Source of the DNA: Hydrurus foetidus
Lineage: Eukaryota
DNA length: 64,000 nt
Direction of reading: 5' to 3'
Assembly: GCA_900617105.1 (NCBI GenBank)
Contig: UYFQ01000001.1
Coordinates: forward strand, 186,001-250,000
In this document: positions 21,984-30,592 of the stretch, in pieces
How the letters are laid out: every line of letters starts with the position of its first letter
Numbering within the stretch: position 1 is the stretch's first letter
Notes under the pieces: model-generated
What the model was told of the DNA's origin: nothing
Seen by the model: only the letters and a program-made list of their open reading frames with translations
The model's database searches: none
Translations under genes and position numbers: made by a program

Positions 21984-22228
21984 TGCTCTATTGTTGCATC
22001 TGAGTCAACACAGAAGTGCCCTATTGGCTCTTTTCATATTGAGAAATACTCTCTACAGTCCATGCCATTCCCACCTGCGGGTGCCCCCAATACTTCACCA
22101 TCTTTAATCCAACTTAAATCTAAGGAGAACCTTATGCCCAAAATTTGAATACTGCACAAGAGCGCGCTCAAAAATGGTTGGAGATTATTGAAAACCCTAA
22201 AAAAGCGTTTTTTAACTTTGGAGAAAAA

Positions 22229-22786
22229 ATGATTACAGCACTTTTTAATACACTAAAAAAATATACAAATGGCCGAGTAATGCTAGTATTTTTAGCATTA
22301 AATATTCTGTTTAATATGCTAATCGCGCCAATCATAGGAGGTAAATTAGAAGAAAATTCTGGTGGCACTGGTCCAATTGATTTATTATTTTCTTATACAC
22401 CTGAAAAAGTATATTCTATGATCGAGTCTTACGGCGATGAAGCGCGTAACATGTACCGCACATACGCTTTGACAGGCGATATTATCTATCCTATCGTTTA
22501 TTCAGTATTCTTTGGTCTGCTGATTACTTGGCTTTTTCAACGTGCCTTTGCACCTAACAGTAAAATGCAAATGTTGAATATTATCCCTTTTGGTGCAGGT
22601 TTGTTTGATTGGCTAGAAAATATAAATATCGCGACAATGTTATCGCTATATCCCTCTAAACCAACCATCGTTGCACAATTGTCGTCATCCTGTACAAGCA
22701 TCAAATGGAGTTTATGCGGTGTGAGTATTGCACTCGTACTTATAGGGTTTGTGATGGCTTTGAAAAACGGATTTAAGAAGCAATAA
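22229..22786 (+). CDS. AT-rich hypothetical membrane protein, horizontally acquired
   Basis: Four TM segments, DIIYP and FDWLEN motifs; strongly AT-rich versus flanks. Confidence 0.8.
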   Translation: MITALFNTLKKYTNGRVMLVFLALNILFNMLIAPIIGGKLEENSGGTGPIDLLFSYTPEKVYSMIESYGDEARNMYRTYALTGDIIYPIVYSVFFGLLITWLFQRAFAPNSKMQMLNIIPFGAGLFDWLENINIATMLSLYPSKPTIVAQLSSSCTSIKWSLCGVSIALVLIGFVMALKNGFKKQ

Positions 22787-22797
22787 AAACATGGAAG

Positions 22798-22838
22798 CCG
22801 GGGTCAGATACCGTCTTGAAAGTCAACAGTTCTGACTG
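22798..22838 (-). mobile_element. Relic right end of a second copy of the IS110 element, with its target half-site
   Basis: 40/41 identical to 23022-23062. Confidence 0.9.
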
Positions 22839-23014
22839 GCTTTGTTGCACAAATACGTTGCAGGCCAAGGTTACCCCAGCCCCAGGCGAGGCTACGCCAC
22901 AGCGACCGTCACAGGACGCCCCAACTTGGTAAAGCGGTTGAGTACCGCCGCTAGCACTTGCAACTCCACGACTTGACTCTTAAAGGTTCGCGCCATGACA
23001 CGTTCGCCCAAACA
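22838..23014 (-). mobile_element. IS5 family (IS903 group) 3' remnant with terminal IR
   Basis: Translates LGERVMARTFKSQVVELQVLAAVLNRFTKLGRP; IS903-like end GGCTTTGTTGCACAAAT at 22838-22854. Confidence 0.8.
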
Positions 23015-23027
23015 CAAGAATCCGGGA

Positions 23028-24113
23028 TCAGATACCGTCTTGAAAGTCAACAGTTCTGACTGAAAATTTGACGGAATCTGCCATCAAGGTGGCGGTATTT
23101 TTAGCCCAGTTTGGATCAAACGGTTTGCGCGTTTTCAAAACGCCGTAGATCAAATGCAGCAATTTATGCATCGCCGCAGCAATGATGGCCTTGGGGGCCA
23201 TGCCTTTTGCTCTCAAGCGCAGCGCCATTTCCTGAACCAGCGGGTTGTAACGAAGTGCCACCATGCCAGGCATGTACAGCGAACGGCGCAAATCCTCATG
23301 CCCACGCCTGCTGATCATGCCGCGCCCCTTTACGCTGGTGCCTGACAGCCGTTGCTGAGGGCATACACCGGCAAAAGCACTGAGGGCCTTTGCACTGGTA
23401 AATCGCTCTACATTGCCCGCATAAGCCATGACTTTGGCAAGCGTCACTGCCCCTATGCCTGGGATACTGGCGAGCAACTGGGCATCACTGTGCAATTGAG
23501 GCTCGCCCGCAATGTGGTCGTCAATGGCCTTTTGCAGTGTCTTGATCGCGGCCTCCAGATAGACCACATGCTCGCGAATGTAGGTCTGCGTTAGCTTGTC
23601 GCCCGTTGCATGAGCTGCTTCCATGCGGTTGACTTCTTGCTGGTGCATGTCTTTGAGCGCTTGCAGCCGCTCTACCAAGCTGCGCAGTTGGCGAATGGCC
23701 ATGCTGGGTGGACACCATGGTTCGGGCGCAAGCGCGGCGCAAAACCGTGCAATCAAGGCGGCGTCTGCTTTGTCAGTTTTGTTCCGTGTCAGCTCGCTTT
23801 GGGCAAATCCCTTCACACGGGCTGGATTGACCACACTGATTCGCCATCCAGCATCACACAGCCAAACGGCCAATGCTTCGCTGTAGGGGCCTGTGGCTTC
23901 TAAACACAGGTGCGCTTGGCTGAGCGTCACGCCATCTTCAAGTAGCCACGCTACAAGTGCTTTGAACCCTGCAACATTGTTACTGAACACCTTGCTTCGA
24001 AACTTCCCATGCCGCAGGCGTGCGACATCAAGTTTGAGCTTGGATACATCGATACCCACATGCACGTCAGTCGTTGCCAAAATGCTTGATTCAGAAGCTT
24101 CGTTACCATTCAT
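23028..24113 (-). CDS. IS110 DEDD recombinase/transposase
   Basis: GIDVSK, LEATG, KTDKADA (DEDD), SIPGIG, SGTSV (catalytic Ser region), LYMP. Confidence 0.97.
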   Translation of the reverse strand: MNGNEASESSILATTDVHVGIDVSKLKLDVARLRHGKFRSKVFSNNVAGFKALVAWLLEDGVTLSQAHLCLEATGPYSEALAVWLCDAGWRISVVNPARVKGFAQSELTRNKTDKADAALIARFCAALAPEPWCPPSMAIRQLRSLVERLQALKDMHQQEVNRMEAAHATGDKLTQTYIREHVVYLEAAIKTLQKAIDDHIAGEPQLHSDAQLLASIPGIGAVTLAKVMAYAGNVERFTSAKALSAFAGVCPQQRLSGTSVKGRGMISRRGHEDLRRSLYMPGMVALRYNPLVQEMALRLRAKGMAPKAIIAAAMHKLLHLIYGVLKTRKPFDPNWAKNTATLMADSVKFSVRTVDFQDGI

Positions 24114-24310
24114 GATCCACCTCGTATGCGGGCTCACCAGCACAAGGCAGCGGCCCAAGTTACCGTTCGATCTTTGATGGAACGAATAATGGATCGGGGG
24201 ACTTATCTGACCCATGAGCTTCAATGCTCAAAGTCTTGCCAGCCTCTCCCGACCCAGCCTGTTCAATCAAACAATTCAAGCTTAACTGCTCGGCAGATTG
24301 AATATACGAG
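23030..24310 (-). mobile_element. Complete IS110 family element (IS621-like) bounded by CT cores
   Basis: Left end CT-CGTATATT, right end ACGGTAT-CT on the minus strand; no TIR or TSD; long non-coding left end. Confidence 0.92.
24114..24296 (-). ncRNA. Predicted bridge RNA (target- and donor-binding loops); ends approximate
   Basis: Guides LTG 24231-24239, RTG 24207-24213, LDG 24158-24166, RDG 24121-24127 match target and donor; each pair is separated by a hairpin. Confidence 0.85.
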
Positions 24311-24548
24311 GTCTTGCAATGACGCATCCACGATGCTGATCTATGCGTCCTGTCCGAAATAACCCCTTAGCCGCTCATTCCTTGGGCGCGACTAGCTACA
24401 GAATAGATAGCATCTAAAGCGTAAAAGCTACCCGCCACCCCTTAGCCGTTGGCTGGGGTTTGGGGGGCCGCAGCTTGCGCAGAGATGGGTCAGTTCTTTC
24501 ATCGCAACATTAAAACCACGCCACTGAATCCCCCTCTAAAATTTCCCC

Positions 24549-25457
24549 ATGCAGTTCCTGAACCCTCGCACCGACTTCGCCTTCAAGAAAATCTTTGGCT
24601 CTGACCACAGCCACGGCATTTTATTGTCGTTCCTGAACGCGGTGCTGGCATTGCCCTCGCCCATAGAGTCCGTCGTCATCCTCGACCCCTACCAAGCCCC
24701 TGCCATCTTGGGCCGTAAAAACACATTCGTCGATGTACGGGCCAAAGACACCACGGGCCGACAGTTCATCATCGAAATGCAGGTACTTAACGTCCCCGAT
24801 ATCGAAAAGCGCGTCCTCCTCAACGCCTGCAAAAGCTACGCCAACCAACTCGCCATTGGTCAAACCTACGCTGCACTCAGCAGCGTCATCGCACTCACCA
24901 TCACCGACTTCATCATGTTCGATGACCAGCCGGACAGGGTGCACCGCATCAAACTGCGCAACGACCACGGCGATACCTACAGCGACGACATCGAACTGGT
25001 CTTTGTAGAACTGCCTAAATTCACCAGCACCGAGGACGAACTCACTACCCTGGCGGACAAATGGCTGTACTTCCTTAAAAATGCCTAAGACCTGCAAGTC
25101 GTCCCCACCGCGCTCCAGAGCGACCCCCAGATCCAGCACGCCTTTGAGATTGCCAACCGCGCTAGCCTGACCAAGGAAGAGGAAGAAGAACAGTTTCAGC
25201 GCGAGATGTACATCGACACCATGCGTCGCTTCATGGCGGCCGTGGAGGCGCAAGAAAGCAGGGAAGTAAAAAGCAAGGCGGAAGGCCTTCATCAAGGAGA
25301 GACGCAGGCTTTGATAAAGCTGCTCGGCAAGCGTTTTGGTGCCATCCCCGCAGACCTGTTAGAAACAATAGAGCACGCCGATCTGACTCAAATCAGTGCG
25401 TGGTTTGACTTGGCGATAGATGCAACCAGCCTGCAGCAGGTATTTGGCGGCGCGTAG
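24549..25457 (+). pseudogene. Rpn family PD-(D/E)XK nuclease with in-frame stop at 25086-25088; C-terminal DUF4351-like ORF 25206-25457 intact
   Basis: TDFAFKKIFG, DVRAKD, IIEMQV, FVELPKF, KWLYFLK; same frame continues after TAA. Confidence 0.88.
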
Positions 25458-25517
25458 AGATTTGCTCCTAAAGTAATAGCTGCTACAGCACATTCACAAA
25501 GTACTACAGCCTCATTG

Positions 25518-25610
25518 TTTTCGGGCTACCCCGATTGCCGCGACGACACCATGAAAGCTATGAACCTCGCGCTCAGTCTGGGCAAGGACAAGCGCTTTTT
25601 TATCGAAACC
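25518..25610 (+). repeat. Copy of an internal queC segment (15942-16034)
   Basis: Manual alignment 84/93 identical; encodes [14 protein letters not shown]. Confidence 0.9.
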
Positions 25611-25614
25611 TTGC

Positions 25615-26103
25615 TCACCCTACAGGCGATTGCGAAATTGCCGTAAACCTGATTTCCAACTCTTGCCGCAATTGCTTGCGTACCACCGCTGCGTGGTGGC
25701 GGCGTTTTTCATCAGGGGTGAAGGGGCGCAGGGGGGCAACGGGGACTGGCTTGTGGTTGTCGTCTACGGCAACCATCGTGAAGAAGCAGCTGTTCGCGTG
25801 CCTGACCACCTGGGTTCGAATGTTTTCGGCCAGCACCTTGATACCTACCTCCATTGACGAGGTGCCCGTGTGGTTGACGGACGCTAAAAACGTCACCAAC
25901 TCGCCCACATGCACAGGCTGGCGAAACATGACGCGGTCGACGGACAGCGTGACCACGTAGTGTCCGGCGTAGCGGCTGGCGCAGGCGTAGGCAACTTGAT
26001 CGAGCAGCTTCAGGATGTTGCCACCGTGGACATTGCCAGAGAAGTTGGCCATATCGGGTGTCATCAGCACCGTCATCGTGAGTTGGTGGGCGGGCATGGT
26101 CAT
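25615..26103 (-). CDS. Acyl-CoA thioesterase (YciA-like hotdog fold)
   Basis: [18 protein letters not shown]. Confidence 0.93.
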   Translation of the reverse strand: MTMPAHQLTMTVLMTPDMANFSGNVHGGNILKLLDQVAYACASRYAGHYVVTLSVDRVMFRQPVHVGELVTFLASVNHTGTSSMEVGIKVLAENIRTQVVRHANSCFFTMVAVDDNHKPVPVAPLRPFTPDEKRRHHAAVVRKQLRQELEIRFTAISQSPVG

Positions 26104-26208
26104 AAGTGTGGTGTTTCTGGGGGCGTTAAAAGTCGCATTTTGGCCTGTGCGAGCCAGGGGTTTCTGGCTGGCACAAAATAACAATCATTTCAGCCAATGA
26201 CCGGCAAT

Positions 26209-27051
26209 TTAATCGCCACCACTGTCTCCACCGTCGTGGCCACCACCGCCGAGCAAACCGCCCAACATCGCACCGCCTGCCAGCCCGCTGAACAGTCCAC
26301 CGCTTTCTTCTTTGCTTCCACCTGCTTGCGGTGCCGCTGCAAACACCCGACTGGCCAGACGTGAGAACGGCAGGCTTTGCAACCACACCTGCCCAGGGCC
26401 GGTGAGTTTGGCAAAGAACAGGCCTTCGCCGCCGAACAGCGCGGTTTTGATTTTGCCGACATACTGAATTTCAAAATTGACACCCGTGGTGTAGGCCACC
26501 ACGCAGCCGGTATCGACCATCAGGTGTTCCCCGGCTTGCAGGTCGCGCCGCACTACGGTGCCACCTGCGTGGACGAAGGCCATGCCGTCGCCGTCGAGCT
26601 TTTGCATCACAAAGCCTTCACCGCCGAAAAAGCCTACGCTCAGCTTCTTTTGGAAGGCAATGCCCAGGCTGACACCGCGTGCTGCGCACAAAAAAGCGTC
26701 TTTTTGGCAAATCAAGGTGCCGCCCAGCTGGCGTAAATCCATAGGCAAAATTTTGCCGGGGTAGGGCGCCGCAAAGGCCAGCTTGCGCTTCACACGGTCT
26801 TGGTTGGTGTAGACCGTGGTGAAAAGCGATTCGCCGGTGATGAGGCGTTTGCCCGCCCCCAGCAGCTTGCCAAAAATGCCGCCACTTTGCGAGGTTGCAC
26901 CATCGCCAAACACGGTGTCCATCGTGACACCTGCTTCCATGTACATCATGCTGCCAGCTTCGCCTATCGCGGCTTCGTTGGGGTCGAGTTCCACCTCAAC
27001 AAACTGCATTTCAGATCCGACGATGCGGTAGTCAATCACGTCCATAGCCAT
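26209..27051 (-). CDS. AIM24/TIGR00266 family protein
   Basis: EAGSMMYM, TGESLF, FGGEG repeated, GPGQVWLQSLP. Confidence 0.92.
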   Translation of the reverse strand: MAMDVIDYRIVGSEMQFVEVELDPNEAAIGEAGSMMYMEAGVTMDTVFGDGATSQSGGIFGKLLGAGKRLITGESLFTTVYTNQDRVKRKLAFAAPYPGKILPMDLRQLGGTLICQKDAFLCAARGVSLGIAFQKKLSVGFFGGEGFVMQKLDGDGMAFVHAGGTVVRRDLQAGEHLMVDTGCVVAYTTGVNFEIQYVGKIKTALFGGEGLFFAKLTGPGQVWLQSLPFSRLASRVFAAAPQAGGSKEESGGLFSGLAGGAMLGGLLGGGGHDGGDSGGD

Positions 27052-27146
27052 AAAAATTCTCCAGAAGGGGTATTTGAAAAAAGGAATAGGCACTGCAAAA
27101 GGCTATTGTGCTGTAGGCCTATTCGCCTAGGCTTTAAAGTGTGGCT

Positions 27147-28547
27147 ATGAAATCATTTTTCCAGCGGGTTTTGCCCCAAGTTTTTAGCGTACCTTCGCCT
27201 GCAGAGACTTCTACAGCGCCCGCCTTTGGTGTCCCAGCGGCCAAGCTGCCTGAAGTCGTGCCTCCCAAAGCACCGGCGGTAATGACTGTTCGTCGACCGT
27301 TGATTTCTGTCAACGGTGACGTGGCCGGATTTGAATTTCGCGTCGATAGCGAAGCGCTGAAGTTATTGCAAAAAAGTGCTGATGTGCAAGTAATATCATC
27401 GTATGTTGCTACTATATTAATAGCGGCAAGATTGGTGGCAATGGAAGGCCGCATTGGTTTTGCCCGACTGCCAGCCGCGTGGTGGGTGCATGCCGCAGTG
27501 CCTAAAAACGAGTCGGGTACATGGATGGGCTTGGAGTCCGAGGCCGGTGAGCTTTTGGCCCCTGACGTGCAGCTTGCCGTGGCGGGCGTGATGCAGCAGT
27601 TTCGCGCTGCGGGAGCCAAACTGGCTTGGGAGCCTTCACTGGATTTGGGCGCGGCAGAGTTGTTGCCCGATTTCTTGTTGCTGGGGCTGACTACCCATGC
27701 GATGACGACATTGCTGGACAGTGTCAAAACCAGTCCACCCGCACTGCGGCACCTGCCCATCATCTTGACCGACATTGCCAACGTTGAAGACTTAGAACTG
27801 GCTCTGCAAAGCGGTGTCAGCTACGCCAGCGGGGTGATGGCTGCAGCAGCGCCTGTGCCTGTTGCCTCGGGTCATGCCGGGGGGGATGACGCAGTCACCA
27901 AAGGCATGGGGGATGCACAGCCCCTGCCGCCCGAAGTCAGCCGCGTGGCTCAACTGTTGCACCAGCTCAGCTCAGGCGCGGATACTGAGTTGATCGTCAG
28001 TGCCATCAAGGGCGATATCGGTTTGTCGTTCCGCTTGTTGCAGCGTATTAACAGCGCCAGTTTTGCACAATTAGGCGCAGCGGCCAGCATCGACCAAGCT
28101 GTGCTGATGTTGGGGCGCAACGAGTTACAGCGCTGGCTTTCGTTGATGCTGATGCAGTTCACAGGCATGCGCAAAGCCGGATCAGCGCTGCAAGAAATTG
28201 CGCTTTGGCGCTCGCGGCTGGTGGAGTTACTGGCTATCGAGCAGGGCGAAGCCGAGCCAGGGCAATTCTTCACGCTCGGGCTGGCGTCCATGCTGGGCAT
28301 GTTGCTCAACACCACCACGGCGGAGGTGGTGAAGATTTTGAGCTTGCCACCGCTGGCCGCGCAGGCGCTGCTGGAACACACCGGGCCTTGGCATGTCTAC
28401 TTGCGCACCGCTGCACAGGTGGAGGCGCAAAAAGTGACTGAAGCCCAAGTTATTGCCGATGGTTTCGCCAGCGCGGCGCGGGTGATGGAAATTTCTAACG
28501 ACGCTTGGGCTTGGGCTGCGGCGAACTCAGACCGAAGCAAGCGCTGA
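27147..28547 (+). CDS. Degenerate EAL plus HDOD domain signalling protein
   Basis: C-terminal HDOD (LSFRLLQRINSA, SIDQAVLMLG); EAL catalytic motifs absent. Confidence 0.8.
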   Translation: MKSFFQRVLPQVFSVPSPAETSTAPAFGVPAAKLPEVVPPKAPAVMTVRRPLISVNGDVAGFEFRVDSEALKLLQKSADVQVISSYVATILIAARLVAMEGRIGFARLPAAWWVHAAVPKNESGTWMGLESEAGELLAPDVQLAVAGVMQQFRAAGAKLAWEPSLDLGAAELLPDFLLLGLTTHAMTTLLDSVKTSPPALRHLPIILTDIANVEDLELALQSGVSYASGVMAAAAPVPVASGHAGGDDAVTKGMGDAQPLPPEVSRVAQLLHQLSSGADTELIVSAIKGDIGLSFRLLQRINSASFAQLGAAASIDQAVLMLGRNELQRWLSLMLMQFTGMRKAGSALQEIALWRSRLVELLAIEQGEAEPGQFFTLGLASMLGMLLNTTTAEVVKILSLPPLAAQALLEHTGPWHVYLRTAAQVEAQKVTEAQVIADGFASAARVMEISNDAWAWAAANSDRSKR

Positions 28548-28554
28548 GATCTGG

Positions 28555-28574
28555 ATTCCCGCCTTCGCGGGAAT
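28555..28574. repeat. REP-like palindrome ATTCCCGC-CTTC-GCGGGAAT between convergent genes
   Basis: Perfect 8-bp stem. Confidence 0.65.
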
Positions 28575-28625
28575 GACAGGACTGCCAGTGATTTGGAGTG
28601 TCCCTGGCGGATAACTCTTGGCTAA

Positions 28626-29819
28626 TTAAGCGTGCAGCACCACCGGCACCTGCGTCGCCGGTGGCGTGTTGCGGCTGCGCTCGCAGCGAACGATACCGTC
28701 GATCATCACCATGCCGATGCCGGGCAGATCGCCCAATTGCACGCTGTCGAGCAGGTTACGCCCGGCGGAATGTTGGGCTTTGTCCATGAACACAAAATCG
28801 GCGGCGCGGCCTACCTCGATCAGGCCGCAGTTCAAGTTGCGGATGCGTGCGGTGTTGCCGGTGGCGAAGCAAAACACCAGTTCTGCTGGGATATTACCCA
28901 AGCTGGAGAGCAGCGCCACCATGCGCAGCATGCCCAGCGGCTGCACGCCTGAGCCTGCCGGGCCGTCAGTGCCCAAAATCACGCGGTGCGGGCATTTGAG
29001 TTGCAGGGCGGCTTGGGCGGCAGCAATGGCGACGCGCTCGTTGCCGTTGTGGACGATCTCAATGGCGCGTGACGATTTCTCGCACAGCTCGCACACATGG
29101 GCTTCTGAGAGGGAGGTGTGGCCACCGTTGATGTGGCCGATCACGTCGGCATCGGCTTCCAGCACCACGTCTTTGTCGATCAAACCTGAGCCAGGGATGG
29201 ATGGGCCCCCGGTGTGGATGGTGCTCTGGATGCCATATTTACGTGCCCAAGCGACCATCTCTTTGGCTTCATAACCTGCTTTCACCGAGCCTAGGCCCAC
29301 TTCGCCCAAGAGCGTGACCCCGGCATCGGCCAAGTCTTTGAAGTCTTGCTCGACCATGCCTTTTTCGATGATGGGTGCCCCGGCGATGACTTTCACGCCA
29401 CCGGGGCGGAAGTTGTCGAACGAGCGTTGGGCGGTGATGGCCAGTGCTTTTAGGCCCACGATGTCTTTGGGGCGGCCCGGCAGGTGGACTTCGCCGGCTG
29501 AGACCATCGTGGTGACACCGCCGTTCATGGTGGAGTCGATCCAGCCGATTTGGTTTTGGCGGGGCGTCCAGTCGCCGAAGACGGGGTGGACATGGCTGTC
29601 GATCAGGCCGGGGGCGACGCAGGTTTGGCGCACGTCGATGACGGTGCGGGCGTTAGCCGTGTCGCAGTCTTTTTCGCGCCCCACGGCGACGATCAAACCG
29701 TCCATGACGACGATGGTGTCCGCGTCCAAAATCGGCTGGTCAATGTCGCCCGAGAGCAGCAAGCCGATATTTTTGAGGACGACTTTGCCGGATTTACCGC
29801 CGGTAACTGCTTCTGCCAT
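28626..29819 (-). CDS. Amidohydrolase, enamidase-like
   Basis: PGLIDSHVH, GTDGPAGSG; context with Hnr. Confidence 0.85.
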   Translation of the reverse strand: MAEAVTGGKSGKVVLKNIGLLLSGDIDQPILDADTIVVMDGLIVAVGREKDCDTANARTVIDVRQTCVAPGLIDSHVHPVFGDWTPRQNQIGWIDSTMNGGVTTMVSAGEVHLPGRPKDIVGLKALAITAQRSFDNFRPGGVKVIAGAPIIEKGMVEQDFKDLADAGVTLLGEVGLGSVKAGYEAKEMVAWARKYGIQSTIHTGGPSIPGSGLIDKDVVLEADADVIGHINGGHTSLSEAHVCELCEKSSRAIEIVHNGNERVAIAAAQAALQLKCPHRVILGTDGPAGSGVQPLGMLRMVALLSSLGNIPAELVFCFATGNTARIRNLNCGLIEVGRAADFVFMDKAQHSAGRNLLDSVQLGDLPGIGMVMIDGIVRCERSRNTPPATQVPVVLHA

Positions 29820-29854
29820 GAGGTGCTTTCTGAGGTGGGGGATTATTTGAATCG

Positions 29855-30580
29855 CTAACGTGCAGCTACGGTGCGCAAGACCGCGTCCATCACAAACGTT
29901 TCCCAATGCGCCAGCGCGTCGGGGGTTTCCAGGTTTTCACCCAAAAAGGCGGACAGGGTGTAGCGGTTCGAGAGGTAAAAGTAGCCCATCGACGCGATCA
30001 GCAAGTAAACATCGCGGGCTTGCAAGTCGGCTCGAAACAGCTTTTGCGCTGTGCCACTGACCAAAATTTGCCCGATGACGGCAATGGCGGGCGAGGAATA
30101 GTCTTTCGCGCGCAGGCTTTTGGCGATGTGCCTGCCTTTGTGCAGGTTTTCGGTGTTCAGCAGGGTGATGAATTCGGGGTGGCGGCGGTAGTAGTTCAGC
30201 ACAAAGCGGATCACCGCGCTCAACGCCTCTACCGGGTGCGCCACGTCCAAGGTCAGCTTGGATTCCGCTTCGTTCATTTGGCGGTAAATACCTTCCAGAA
30301 CCTCAATATACAAGCCTTCTTTGCTACCAAAGTAGTAGTAAATCATGCGGTCATATGACTGGGCTGCGGTGGATATTTGGCCCACGCTGCCGCCGTCGTA
30401 GCCGTGTTTGGCAAAAATTTTGGTGGCCGCTTTGAGGATGCCGTCGCGCGTGGCTTGCGCACCCTGTTCGCGGATGCCGGGTTTAGCGGACTTGGTGGCC
30501 GATTTTGCTGATTTCACCGCCTTGCCACCCGGCGAGGCAGCCACCACGGGGTGGCGTTTGGGCTTGGCGGTGGTGGACAT
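29855..30580 (-). CDS. TetR family regulator (RutR/NicS-like)
   Basis: RMIYYYFGSKEGLY HTH; LLNTENL. Confidence 0.9.
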   Translation of the reverse strand: MSTTAKPKRHPVVAASPGGKAVKSAKSATKSAKPGIREQGAQATRDGILKAATKIFAKHGYDGGSVGQISTAAQSYDRMIYYYFGSKEGLYIEVLEGIYRQMNEAESKLTLDVAHPVEALSAVIRFVLNYYRRHPEFITLLNTENLHKGRHIAKSLRAKDYSSPAIAVIGQILVSGTAQKLFRADLQARDVYLLIASMGYFYLSNRYTLSAFLGENLETPDALAHWETFVMDAVLRTVAAR

Positions 30581-30592
30581 GGTCAAAAAAGC

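Noticed and set aside
24114..24224. 37-aa N-terminal extension of the IS110 ORF in the track
   Set aside because: Overlaps the bridge RNA; ATG 24113 has a GAGGTG RBS
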